Below, piece by piece: positions 1 through 8,823 of a DNA stretch of 20,000 nucleotides. The stretch is from sequence record SRR2962707_940; one strand, 5' to 3'. Numbering within the stretch: position 1 is the stretch's first letter; each line of letters begins with the position of its first letter. Both the position numbers and the translations under genes were made by a program. A model generated the notes under the pieces. The model did no database searches. It was not told the DNA's origin and was given only the letters and a program-made list of their open reading frames with translations.

Positions 1-69
1 GCTGGGCTTTCCATCCCATTTCCGCAGCGCGATGTGCACTACATTCCACTGCCGAATAAAGCCGACTAA
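1..69 (+). CDS. 3' end of a probable MscS-family mechanosensitive ion channel (partial; starts upstream of the window)
   Basis: Frame +1 reads AGLSIPFPQRDVHYIPLPNKAD* (TAA at 67-69). GxxIPFPQRDVH is the typical C-terminal motif of MscS-family proteins. A terminator hairpin follows. Confidence 0.75.
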   Translation, partial: AGLSIPFPQRDVHYIPLPNKAD

Positions 70-90
70 GCAATTCTTGTTGCTGAAATT

Positions 91-118
91 AAAATGGGTG
101 CCTTTCGGCACCCATTTT
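91..118. terminator. Bidirectional intrinsic terminator between the convergent mscS-like and NCS1 genes
   Basis: Perfect 12-bp inverted repeat AAAATGGGTGCC-TTTC-GGCACCCATTTT with A/T tracts on both sides, between two convergent stop codons. Confidence 0.85.
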
Positions 119-145
119 GCATTTTAATAATTGTTCAAATAAACA

Positions 146-1570
146 TTACTTCTTGGTGATCACGTAGTAGACGAGAGCGCCCAAGGCTGCGCCGATCACC
201 CAAGAGAAGCCGGATAGGAAACCAAGCGCTGGCATCCAAACGGTTGCAATTGAGAAGATCGCAGGCAGGATGAAGGCGATAAGCGCTTTCTTGTTCCAGC
301 CATTGTCGTAGTAATATGCGCCGTCTTCTGAGGCAGAGAACAATTGCTGCACATCCAATTTGCCATGCTTGATCATGTAATAATCAACAATCATGATGCC
401 GTAGACCGGCGCCAAAATCGCACCCAGCGTGTTCACGAAGTTGAAGATACCGATCTGGCTGATCGTTGAAACCCAAAGGCCACCAATGACAAGTGCAAAG
501 CCAGACGTGATCAGACCTCCAACGCGGAAGTTGATTTTGCTCGGCATTAGGTTTGCCAAATCATAGGCTGGTGGAATGAAGTTCGCCACGAGGTTGATAC
601 CAACGGTTGCGGCAAAGAACATGATAGCTGCGATCAATGTTAGAGGCAGAGAATCAACACGCGCGATAATATCGGTTGGGTTGGTAAGTGCCTCACCCCA
701 GATGGCAACGGTTCCCGCTGTCACGATCAATGCGATCAGTGAGAAGAATGCGATGTTGAGCGGCAGGCCGGTAAAGTTGCCTTTTTTCATATCGCCTTGT
801 GTTTTTACAAAACGTGAGAAGTCGCCATAATTGATCACCACGGCTGCAAAATAAGCAATCATCGTGCCGACAATAGCAAGGAATGCGGAGAATGATCCGC
901 CGTCATAATTGCCTGTGCCTTTAAAGATCGTACCCATTTCAGACATCAATCCACTGCCTGCTTTTACCCAGATGACAACCGCTAGGATGATCATGACGAG
1001 ATAAACAAACGGTCCTGCAAAGTTCAGGAATTTGGTGATCCAGTCGATACCGTTCCAGAAAAGCCAGATTTGGAACGCCCAGACAGCCAAGAACGAAATC
1101 CAATCAATGCCGCTCATGCCCAAGAACACGGGGGCACCATTACCGCCCATCAAAGAGCTTAGAAGCAACGCAACCGCTGTCGATGCGAAATAAGTCTGCG
1201 CTCCATACCAAAAAATCGCGACAATCGCGCGAACGATAGCAGGAAAGTTAGCGCCCTTGACGCCCATGCTGGCGCGCGCCATCACAGGAAATGGGATGCC
1301 ATATTTTACGCTTGGCTCACCCATCAGATTGACGAGCCACATCACGAATAGACCGGCCAACATAATGGCCGCAAAAACAGTCCAGCCATTAAGGCCATAA
1401 GATAAGAACAAGGAAGCAGCGAGCGTGTATCCAAACAAGCTCTGCACATCATTGGCCCAGACGTTGAATATTTCGAACCAGCCCCATGTTCGTTTTGATT
1501 TTGGTATTGGTGCCAAGTCTTCATTATATAGACTCGGATCTTGTTTTACGATGATTAGATCGTCGCTCAT
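146..1570 (-). CDS. NCS1-family nucleobase:cation symporter (allantoin/uracil/cytosine permease-like)
   Basis: 474 aa, highly hydrophobic. NCS1 motifs LYNEDLAP..RTW, KYGIPFPVMARASMG, INYGDFSRF, NLVANFIPPAYD and IVDYY. SD-like GAGGGG upstream of the ATG. Confidence 0.92.
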   Translation of the reverse strand: MSDDLIIVKQDPSLYNEDLAPIPKSKRTWGWFEIFNVWANDVQSLFGYTLAASLFLSYGLNGWTVFAAIMLAGLFVMWLVNLMGEPSVKYGIPFPVMARASMGVKGANFPAIVRAIVAIFWYGAQTYFASTAVALLLSSLMGGNGAPVFLGMSGIDWISFLAVWAFQIWLFWNGIDWITKFLNFAGPFVYLVMIILAVVIWVKAGSGLMSEMGTIFKGTGNYDGGSFSAFLAIVGTMIAYFAAVVINYGDFSRFVKTQGDMKKGNFTGLPLNIAFFSLIALIVTAGTVAIWGEALTNPTDIIARVDSLPLTLIAAIMFFAATVGINLVANFIPPAYDLANLMPSKINFRVGGLITSGFALVIGGLWVSTISQIGIFNFVNTLGAILAPVYGIMIVDYYMIKHGKLDVQQLFSASEDGAYYYDNGWNKKALIAFILPAIFSIATVWMPALGFLSGFSWVIGAALGALVYYVITKK

Positions 1571-1597
1571 TGTTGTCCCCTCTTGTTAAATGATGGT

Positions 1598-1676
1598 TGC
1601 ACGATACTCTCCACTGAACTAAAATCGTGCATAACTCCGTGCAAAATTCGAGCATAAATTTGTGGGATGTGTCAAG
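1598..1676. promoter_or_regulatory. Divergent control region with CG(T/A)GCA repeats and a candidate -35 box for the NCS1 gene
   Basis: Inverted repeat TGCACGAT (1598-1605) / ATCGTGCA (1624-1631). Direct repeats CGTGCA (1626), CGTGCA (1638) and CGAGCA (1649). CTTGAC on the minus strand at 1676-1671; the -10 match is weak. Confidence 0.45.
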
Positions 1677-1703
1677 AAGATTCAACTGGGAGGGGATTTA
1701 CTT

Positions 1704-2255
1704 GTGAAGATTGGCTACGCGCGCGTTTCGGCCAAATGGTATCAAAGTGAGATACAAGTCAGCGAACTTGAACGCCAAGGCTGCGATAAGATTTGGAAAG
1801 AGGCGAACCTTGAGGATGAACATCCAGACAAGGCTTTGAAGAGCTTTCTAAAACAAGTATCAAAAGGCGATACGGTGGTGGCGACACGGCTGACTTCTGT
1901 TGCCCATTCGCCTGCAGAATTGCTTCAGCTTATGGAAAAAATTCATAAAAAAGGTGCATTTTTTCGCTCACTTGCAGAACCTTGGGCCGACACCAGCGTG
2001 CACGGTGGTGCGCGGGTGATTGATGCGATTCGCGGCATGATTGATTTTGAGATCGCGATTGCTGATGCTGAAAGCCGCGTTGAAGAAAACCGCCCACAGA
2101 GCTTTGGCTTGTCGCCCGGCAGACCGCAAAAGCTGAAGGAACAGCGGAGGATGCAAGCAATATCGCTCTTAAAGATTGGCAAATCAGCGGCAGAAATTAG
2201 CCGCGTGCTCGGCGTGAGCAGAAGCACGATTTCGCGGCTGCGCAAAAATATGTAA
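1704..2255 (+). CDS. Serine recombinase (resolvase/invertase) family protein with C-terminal HTH; catalytic motifs degenerate
   Basis: Start moved to GTG 1704 (purine-rich SD GGAGGGG just upstream), giving MKIGYARVS... and 183 aa. Family motifs GYARVS, GDTVV, RSLAEPWADT, GRP and the HTH KSAAEISRVLGVSRSTISR are present. The canonical LDRLxR reads LTSVAH. Confidence 0.85.
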   Translation: MKIGYARVSAKWYQSEIQVSELERQGCDKIWKEANLEDEHPDKALKSFLKQVSKGDTVVATRLTSVAHSPAELLQLMEKIHKKGAFFRSLAEPWADTSVHGGARVIDAIRGMIDFEIAIADAESRVEENRPQSFGLSPGRPQKLKEQRRMQAISLLKIGKSAAEISRVLGVSRSTISRLRKNM

Positions 2256-2259
2256 GCGC

Positions 2260-3144
2260 CTAGTTCAGCACAATGTCCAAGCCTATATCGAGCGTTGGGG
2301 CAGCCATAGTGATTTTGGATGTTGAAATATAATCAACGCCAGTTTCTGAGATCGCTTTGATGGTCGCAATATTCACATTGCCGGAGGCTTCAAGTTTGAC
2401 CGCGCCGCCATTATCGGCCTGATTGATGGCAACGGCTTCGCGCAATTGATCGTTGCTCATATTGTCGAGCAAAATAGCATCGGGCTTAGCGCTGAGCGCT
2501 TTGCGCATCTGATCGAGATTATCGACTTCAATTTCCACTTTGACCATATGGCCGACATAGGCACGGGCATTTTCAACCGCCTCAGCCACGCCGCCAGAAA
2601 CAGCGATATGGTTGTCTTTAATCAGGATTGCATCATCCAACCCATAGCGATGGTTGGAACCGCCGCCGCAGCGCACAGCATATTTTTCAAATGTGCGTAA
2701 GCCCGGAATGGTTTTGCGGGTGTCGCAGACTTTCGCCTCGGTATGCGCAATTTCTTTGGCAAATTCAGATGTATAGCTCGCAATACCGCACATATGCATG
2801 AGGAAGTTGAGTGCCACACGCTCTGCAGAAAGCAATGCACGGGCATTGCCTCTAATACGGGCCAATTCATCACCGGGCTTTACGGCATCACCGTCTTTTA
2901 CAAGCGCTTCAAAAACGATGTTTTCATCCATCAAACGAAACGCTGTTTCGGCGACCAGCAAGCCGCTCACATAACCTGCATCACGCGAGGCCATAACAGC
3001 GGTCGCAGTCGTATCAGGGGCAATCGTCGCATTGGTTGTGATGTCACCAGCGCGGCCTAAATCTTCCAGCAAAGCGGCGCGGACAGCCTCTTCAACCATC
3101 AATTTTGGTAAGAATGGTGGCAACGCTTTGTTTGCGGCGGTCAT
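2260..3144 (-). CDS. nadC: Nicotinate-nucleotide diphosphorylase (carboxylating), quinolinate phosphoribosyltransferase
   Basis: Motifs EDLGRAGDITT, DTRKTIPGLR, NHRYGLDDAILIKDNH, EIEVD, LLDNM and EASG. Third gene of nadABC. Confidence 0.98.
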   Translation of the reverse strand: MTAANKALPPFLPKLMVEEAVRAALLEDLGRAGDITTNATIAPDTTATAVMASRDAGYVSGLLVAETAFRLMDENIVFEALVKDGDAVKPGDELARIRGNARALLSAERVALNFLMHMCGIASYTSEFAKEIAHTEAKVCDTRKTIPGLRTFEKYAVRCGGGSNHRYGLDDAILIKDNHIAVSGGVAEAVENARAYVGHMVKVEIEVDNLDQMRKALSAKPDAILLDNMSNDQLREAVAINQADNGGAVKLEASGNVNIATIKAISETGVDYISTSKITMAAPTLDIGLDIVLN

Positions 3145-3147
3145 GGC

Positions 3148-4698
3148 CTAGCCTCTCATTAATTGCGGTACAATCGCTTCTGCTTGCTCTAATGTCAGCA
3201 AAGTGCGGCGTTTCCATGCCGGATCTTCCATTGGAAAATCCGTGCGCGCATGGCCGCCGCGGCTTTCTTCACGGTTCAATGCACACACAGCAATCATTTT
3301 CGCGGTGGTGATCACATTGTCAAAACGCACGGAATGGCTTTCGCGCTGCAGCATTAATATCGCTTCCAGCGCATCGCGCATCCCTTCGCCGTCACGCAGT
3401 ACGCCAAGGTTAGAGCTCATGACATGGCGCAAGGCAGTCATGTTTGGGTGATCGGTGTGCGCGAAATGCTCATCGGTTTCAACTGAACCTGCCTGCCAAT
3501 TGGCCGGTGCATCAGGTAAATCCATCTCGCTGAGCGCATCGGCAATACGCGCAGAAAACACCACGGCTTCAAGCAGTGAGTTAGAGGCCAAACGGTTTGC
3601 GCCGTGTGCGCCTGTTGATGTGCATTCGCCGCAAGCCCAAAAACCTGGCAATGATGATTTGCCATCAATGTCAGTCCAAATGCCGCCCATAAAATAATGC
3701 GCTGCGGGCACAACTGGGATCATTTCTTTAGAAGGATCGATGCCTGCGTCTTGGCAATATTGATAAACGGTTGGAAACTCTTCGGCAAAATTCGGTACCG
3801 CTTCACGGCAATCCAAAAATGCGCCGCGCCCTGATTTTACTTCTGCAAAGATTGAACGAGCAACCACATCGCGCGGCGCCAATTCCAAATCCTTGTGCAC
3901 GCCTTCCATAAAGCGCACGCCTGCCTTGTTAAACAGTTTAGCGCCATGGCCGCGCAGTGCTTCGGTGGCCAGCGGCGCTGGGTCTTCACCCACATCAATC
4001 GCCGTTGGGTGAAACTGCACAAATTCCATATCAGCAAGGCGTGCCCCTGCCCGTGCGGCCATACCAATGCCGCCGCCGCGCGCTTCAATCGGGTTCGTTG
4101 TCACCTCATAGAGGTGGCCGATACCGCCGGTTGCCATAACCACATTTGAGCCATCAATGCGGATTAGCTCTTCGCCGCGCCCTGCATTATCACGGGCAAT
4201 CACGCCGGTGACTTTGCCATCTTCAGACACGAGATCTTCAACCACATAGCCTTCAAGCACGCGGATCGACGGTGTTTTTTCAACCGTTGCGACCAATGCC
4301 TGCATGATAGCGCGGCCTGCGCGGTCGCCTTTCACGCGCACAATCCGGCTTTCAGAATGAGCGGCTTCTCGGCTTGTGGCCAATTTGCCTTCCAAATCGC
4401 GGTCAAATGGCACGCCATATTCCAGCAAATCGTGAATACGGTCTGCGGCCTCTGTCGCCATCGCGGTAATCACGGCCTCATCGACAATGCCATCGCCCGC
4501 AACAATCGTGTCATGGACATGGCTTGCAATGGTGTCACCCTTGCCAACAGCAGCAGCGATACCCGCTTGCGCCCATGCAGAAGAAGCGCCGCGTCCAATG
4601 GGCGCAGCGGCAAGAACGGTAACAGCTTTTGGGGCTAATTTTAACGCACAGAAAAGGCCAGCTAATCCGCCGCCAATAATAAGGATGGGTTTTGTCAC
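3148..4698 (-). CDS. nadB: L-aspartate oxidase
   Basis: FAD-binding [64 protein letters not shown] and REESRGGH. The GTG start overlaps the nadA TGA stop. Confidence 0.97.
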   Translation of the reverse strand: MTKPILIIGGGLAGLFCALKLAPKAVTVLAAAPIGRGASSAWAQAGIAAAVGKGDTIASHVHDTIVAGDGIVDEAVITAMATEAADRIHDLLEYGVPFDRDLEGKLATSREAAHSESRIVRVKGDRAGRAIMQALVATVEKTPSIRVLEGYVVEDLVSEDGKVTGVIARDNAGRGEELIRIDGSNVVMATGGIGHLYEVTTNPIEARGGGIGMAARAGARLADMEFVQFHPTAIDVGEDPAPLATEALRGHGAKLFNKAGVRFMEGVHKDLELAPRDVVARSIFAEVKSGRGAFLDCREAVPNFAEEFPTVYQYCQDAGIDPSKEMIPVVPAAHYFMGGIWTDIDGKSSLPGFWACGECTSTGAHGANRLASNSLLEAVVFSARIADALSEMDLPDAPANWQAGSVETDEHFAHTDHPNMTALRHVMSSNLGVLRDGEGMRDALEAILMLQRESHSVRFDNVITTAKMIAVCALNREESRGGHARTDFPMEDPAWKRRTLLTLEQAEAIVPQLMRG

Positions 4699-5765
4699 TG
4701 CTTTAAATTCACCATGCGATCAACCGCTTTACGTGCGCGGGCCGCCAGCGCTGGATCCACATGGATCTCTTCTTGCATTTCACACAATGCGTCCAAAATT
4801 TTCGGCAATGTGATGCGTTTCATATGTGGACAAAGATTACACGGCTTGATGAATTGAACTTCAGGCACTGAGCTTTCAATATTACCAGCCATAGAGCACT
4901 CGGTCACAAGCAACACTTTAGCTGGCTTATTATCGCGCACATAATTGATCATGCCTGAGGTCGAGCCGGTATAGTCTGACACGGCGACAACAGATGGCGG
5001 GCATTCTGGATGCGCGATGATCTGAATTTCTGGGTCCGCTTCCTTATAGGCCAAAAGTTCTTCGGCGGTAAAACGCTCGTGAACTTCGCAGTGGCCTTTC
5101 CAAGTCAGGATTTTAACATTGGTTTGCGCAGCGACGTTTTGTGCCAAAAACTCGTCTGGAATACAAAACACCGTATCAACGCCGAAGCTTTCCACCACTT
5201 GGACAGCGTTTGAAGACGTGCAGCAAATATCGCTTTCGGCCTTCACATCAGCAGATGTGTTCACATAGGTAACAATAGGCACACCTGGATTTGCTTCGCG
5301 CAGCAAGCGCACATCTGCACCGGTGATTGATTCGGCCAGTGAACAGCCTGCTTTCATATCCGGAATAAGAACCGTCTTTTCTGGATTGAGCAGTTTTGAC
5401 GTTTCTGCCATGAAATGCACACCGCATTGGACGATGATATCGGCGTCCACTTTTTCCGCTTCAATCGCCAATTGCAGGCTATCGCCCGCAATATCGGCCA
5501 CGCAGTGGAAGATTTCTGGCGTCATGTAATTATGCGCAAGAATAACAGCGTTACGCTGCTTTTTCATTTTATTGATCGCATAGACATAGGGCGCGTAGAT
5601 CGGCCATTCGATCTTTGGAATGTGGTCTTTGACCTTCTCGTAAAGATGCGCGGTTTCGCGCTCAACTTCTTCGTTCCACACCAATTCAGGGCGCGGTAAA
5701 ACACCGTAGCGTTCAGCCGCTGTTTTTGGGCTGGTTGTATCTGTCGATGTCGAAACTGAGGTCAT
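4695..5765 (-). CDS. nadA: Quinolinate synthase A ([4Fe-4S])
   Basis: Motifs [42 protein letters not shown] and CPHM. Start placed at ATG 5765 (SD GGAG upstream) rather than 5840. Confidence 0.97.
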   Translation of the reverse strand: MTSVSTSTDTTSPKTAAERYGVLPRPELVWNEEVERETAHLYEKVKDHIPKIEWPIYAPYVYAINKMKKQRNAVILAHNYMTPEIFHCVADIAGDSLQLAIEAEKVDADIIVQCGVHFMAETSKLLNPEKTVLIPDMKAGCSLAESITGADVRLLREANPGVPIVTYVNTSADVKAESDICCTSSNAVQVVESFGVDTVFCIPDEFLAQNVAAQTNVKILTWKGHCEVHERFTAEELLAYKEADPEIQIIAHPECPPSVVAVSDYTGSTSGMINYVRDNKPAKVLLVTECSMAGNIESSVPEVQFIKPCNLCPHMKRITLPKILDALCEMQEEIHVDPALAARARKAVDRMVNLKQ

Positions 5766-5937
5766 AACTCGCTCCATAAAAACTTGCGCAATGCGCCTTA
5801 CACAATGACATAAACACTGCAATGAGCGCGTGCAAGCCACATGCCGCTAACAAATTAATTCAACGCTGCAATCAGAAAAATTCAATTGCTATTGCAAAAG
5901 CAAAAAGCCAAACTTTGCCAAAATGGAGAGAGGCTTC

Positions 5938-7164
5938 ATGCGCGCGCAAATTCAACCGGCAAAAGCCGACTATCCTTGGCTTATTTTGGCTGCCGGATGC
6001 GCCATTGCGGCGCTCACCTTCGGCCCGCGCTCGGCGATGGGCTTTTTCCAACTTCCCATGGTTTCAGACATGGGCTGGACGCGCAGCGATTTTGGCCTCG
6101 CGCTGGCTATTCAAAACCTCGCATGGGGCATTGGCCAACCATTTTTCGGCGCGATTGCCGACCGCTTTGGCACTTGGCGGGTCTTGGCAATGTCAGGCAC
6201 AATTTATGCGCTTGGCCTGTTGATGATGGCGCTGCCGCAAAACCTTTGGTATTTGCACATTGGCGGCGGCGTATTGGTTGGCCTTGGCATCGCTTCTGGC
6301 TCATTTGGAATCATCTTATCGGCCTTCGCGCGTAATGTGACAGCTGAACAGCGCAGTTTTGCCTTTGGCCTTGGCACTGCGGCTGGCTCCGCGGGAATGT
6401 TTATATTTGCGCCCTATTCACAAGCGCTTATCAGCAATTTTGGCTGGTCAGATTCACTGCTGATTATGTCTGCGATGATGTTGCTCGTGCCGGTGCTTGC
6501 TATTCCGCTGCGCGGTAACGCCAATTCGGGCACCCAAAAGCAAACTGACGTTGAGCAATCAATTGGCGCGGCTTTGCGCGAAGCCTTTGGCCATCAGTCC
6601 TATTTGCTTCTGGCTTCGGGCTTTTTTGTGTGCGGATTTCAGGTGGCTTTTATCACCGCGCATTTTCCCGCCTATATCGCTGATATTGGCATTGATGCGA
6701 CCTATGCAGTGCTAGCGTTAGCGCTAATTGGATTTTTCAATATTTTCGGCTCGCTGGCCTCAGGCGTCATCGGGCAGAAATATTCAAAACCTATTTTTCT
6801 AGCGCTTATCTATATTGGCCGTTCCATTGCCGTGACCGCCTTTATTCTGCTGCCGCAGTCAGGCATGTCGGTCGTTATTTTTGCGAGCGTCATGGGGCTT
6901 TTGTGGCTATCCACTGTGCCGCCGACCAATGCGCTGGTTGCGATTATGTTTGGCACACGGCATTTGGGTTTGCTCGGCGGTATCGTGTTTCTTGCCCACC
7001 AGATCGGCTCATTTTTGGGCGTATGGCTGGGCGGTTATCTCTACGATATTTACGGCTCTTATAATCCGGTTTGGTGGCTGGGTGTCGGCTTGGGTCTATT
7101 TGCCGCCATCATGCACTGGCCGATTAAGGAAAAAGCGGTCGTGCGCGCCGTGCCTGCAACTTAA
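5938..7164 (+). CDS. Major facilitator superfamily transporter, substrate unknown
   Basis: About 12 hydrophobic segments. MFS motif A GAIADRFG plus GFFVCGFQ and HQIGSFLG. ATG 5938 follows GGAGAGAGG; ATG 5923 is an alternative start. Confidence 0.9.
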   Translation: MRAQIQPAKADYPWLILAAGCAIAALTFGPRSAMGFFQLPMVSDMGWTRSDFGLALAIQNLAWGIGQPFFGAIADRFGTWRVLAMSGTIYALGLLMMALPQNLWYLHIGGGVLVGLGIASGSFGIILSAFARNVTAEQRSFAFGLGTAAGSAGMFIFAPYSQALISNFGWSDSLLIMSAMMLLVPVLAIPLRGNANSGTQKQTDVEQSIGAALREAFGHQSYLLLASGFFVCGFQVAFITAHFPAYIADIGIDATYAVLALALIGFFNIFGSLASGVIGQKYSKPIFLALIYIGRSIAVTAFILLPQSGMSVVIFASVMGLLWLSTVPPTNALVAIMFGTRHLGLLGGIVFLAHQIGSFLGVWLGGYLYDIYGSYNPVWWLGVGLGLFAAIMHWPIKEKAVVRAVPAT

Positions 7165-7165
7165 G

Positions 7166-7885
7166 CTATTTTGAAGCTGCTGCAAAAAATGCGCTGCGCG
7201 TGATCGGCGCTTCCATGCCGCGCGCATGCCATATATCGCGGGCGAAGAAATGACCGGTCAAAATCACTGCATCTTTCAGCTCATCGGCAGAACATTCACG
7301 CGCAGACTTCATAGTCAAAAAGGACGGCAAAGGCAGCATTTTATCAGCCCATGGCGCACCGGCATCTGCGCTGACCGCCTGCCCGCTTTTAGGCGAAACA
7401 TAGATTAGGTTTTCGCGCACGCCTGTGCCCGCGCAGCTGTTTAAATCCAAACCAAAGCCAAGCTCTTCCAGCAGACGCAGTTCAAATTTAATCATCAAAG
7501 GACCGGCAAGCTGAGGCGTGGAAAGATGTTCAATCAACACTTCCAAAGCTGAAAACAGATTATTATGCGGATCGCGCTCCGGCAAAAGCCGCAAATGACT
7601 ACCCAGCAATTGAATGCCATTGACGCCAATGGCGCTGTCCATAAGGCGCGATGCGGTCATGGCCAGCGGCTCAATTTGATAGGTGCCTAAATGCTCATCA
7701 ATGCGCGCGCGCCACACCGCTTCAACGCGGTTGCCCGGCTGCAAAAAGGGCTGCATTTTGCGTGAACGGCCACCGCGCACGAGGCCCAAATGGCGGCCGT
7801 GATTGGGCGTCATCAATTCCACGATAAGACTGGTCTCACCGTGTTTGCGTGTGCCTATGATAATGCCTTCGTCACGCCACTCCAT
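7166..7885 (-). CDS. recO: DNA repair protein RecO
   Basis: MEWRDEGIIIGTRKHGE, GLVRGG, LLEELGFGLDL.C and YVSPKSG. Lies downstream of rnc-era. Start ATG 7885; GTG 7891 is an alternative. Confidence 0.96.
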   Translation of the reverse strand: MEWRDEGIIIGTRKHGETSLIVELMTPNHGRHLGLVRGGRSRKMQPFLQPGNRVEAVWRARIDEHLGTYQIEPLAMTASRLMDSAIGVNGIQLLGSHLRLLPERDPHNNLFSALEVLIEHLSTPQLAGPLMIKFELRLLEELGFGLDLNSCAGTGVRENLIYVSPKSGQAVSADAGAPWADKMLPLPSFLTMKSARECSADELKDAVILTGHFFARDIWHARGMEAPITRSAFFAAASK

Positions 7886-7917
7886 ATTCACATTTCACTG
7901 GTTTGCGTGTCTGTTGA

Positions 7918-8823
7918 TTAGTCGTGGAAGTCGAGGCCCATTTCGCGGTAACGCGCTGGGTCATCGCCCCAATTTTTACGCACTTTAACAAAAAGGAACA
8001 GATGCACGGTTTGCTCAACCAGTTCACCGATCTCTTTACGCGCCAACATAGAAATTTTCTTAATCGCCTCGCCCTGATGGCCGATCACGATTTTCTTCTG
8101 GCTGTCACGCTCAACATAGATCGTTTGCTCGATGCGCACAGAACCGTTGGGGAGTTCTTCCCATTTTTCGGTCTCTACAGTTGTCGCATAAGGCAATTCC
8201 TCATGCAGGCGCTCATAGATTTTCTCGCGGGTAATTTCAGACGCAAGCATACGCATTGGCAAGTCTGAAACTTGATCTTCAGGATAGAACCAAGGGCCCT
8301 CTGGTAGCGCATCAGACAGGCCTTGCAACAAATCTTTGCAGCCTGAACCATTAAGCGCTGAAACCATGAAGGTCTTGTCAAATGATATGCGTTTGTTGAG
8401 CGCAGTTGTCAGCGCCAACAGATCTGGCGGGTCCATCATATCAACTTTATTGAGGATCAACCATTTTGGCTGGCGGATCTCATCAAGCGCATTGAGCATG
8501 TTTTCTTCGTCGCTCAAAATGCCTTTGCGCGCATCAATCATCACAAGCACGATGTCTGCATCATGCGCCCCGCCCCATGCGGTTTTGACCATAGCGCGGT
8601 CGAGCCGGCGCTTGGGCTGGAAAATACCTGGCGTATCCATAAAGACGATTTGTGTGCGATCATGCATAGCAACACCGCGGATCAATGTGCGCGTTGTCTG
8701 AACCTTATGCGAGACGATCGAAACCTTCGAGCCAACCAAGCGGTTGAGCAGTGTCGATTTGCCTGCATTGGGAGAACCAATAAAGGCGACAAAACCCGAT
8801 TTGGTTGGTGTTTCTTCGTTCAT
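7918..8823 (-). CDS. era: GTPase Era
   Basis: G1 GSPNAGKST, QTTR, G3 DTPG, G4 NKVD and a C-terminal KH domain. ATGA overlap with the rnc stop. Confidence 0.98.
   Translation of the reverse strand: MNEETPTKSGFVAFIGSPNAGKSTLLNRLVGSKVSIVSHKVQTTRTLIRGVAMHDRTQIVFMDTPGIFQPKRRLDRAMVKTAWGGAHDADIVLVMIDARKGILSDEENMLNALDEIRQPKWLILNKVDMMDPPDLLALTTALNKRISFDKTFMVSALNGSGCKDLLQGLSDALPEGPWFYPEDQVSDLPMRMLASEITREKIYERLHEELPYATTVETEKWEELPNGSVRIEQTIYVERDSQKKIVIGHQGEAIKKISMLARKEIGELVEQTVHLFLFVKVRKNWGDDPARYREMGLDFHD

Noticed and set aside
1628-1645. Sigma54 -24/-12 promoter or NtrC site upstream of NCS1
   Set aside because: The minus strand TTGCACG-N5-ATGC lacks the GG and has the wrong spacing, and the GC-GC spacing is 10 rather than 11.
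1662-1703. ORF-track start for the resolvase-like gene at 1662
   Set aside because: The SD and family alignment (MKIGYARVS) support GTG 1704.
1571-2259. Transposon or invertible element around the resolvase-like gene
   Set aside because: No transposase, terminal inverted repeats, target duplication or paired inversion sites are visible, and the flanks abut nadC and NCS1.
5766-5840. Extended nadA N-terminus, or an NAD riboswitch in the leader
   Set aside because: The extension looks non-coding and an SD precedes ATG 5765. No riboswitch-like structure was recognisable by eye; an Infernal scan would be needed.
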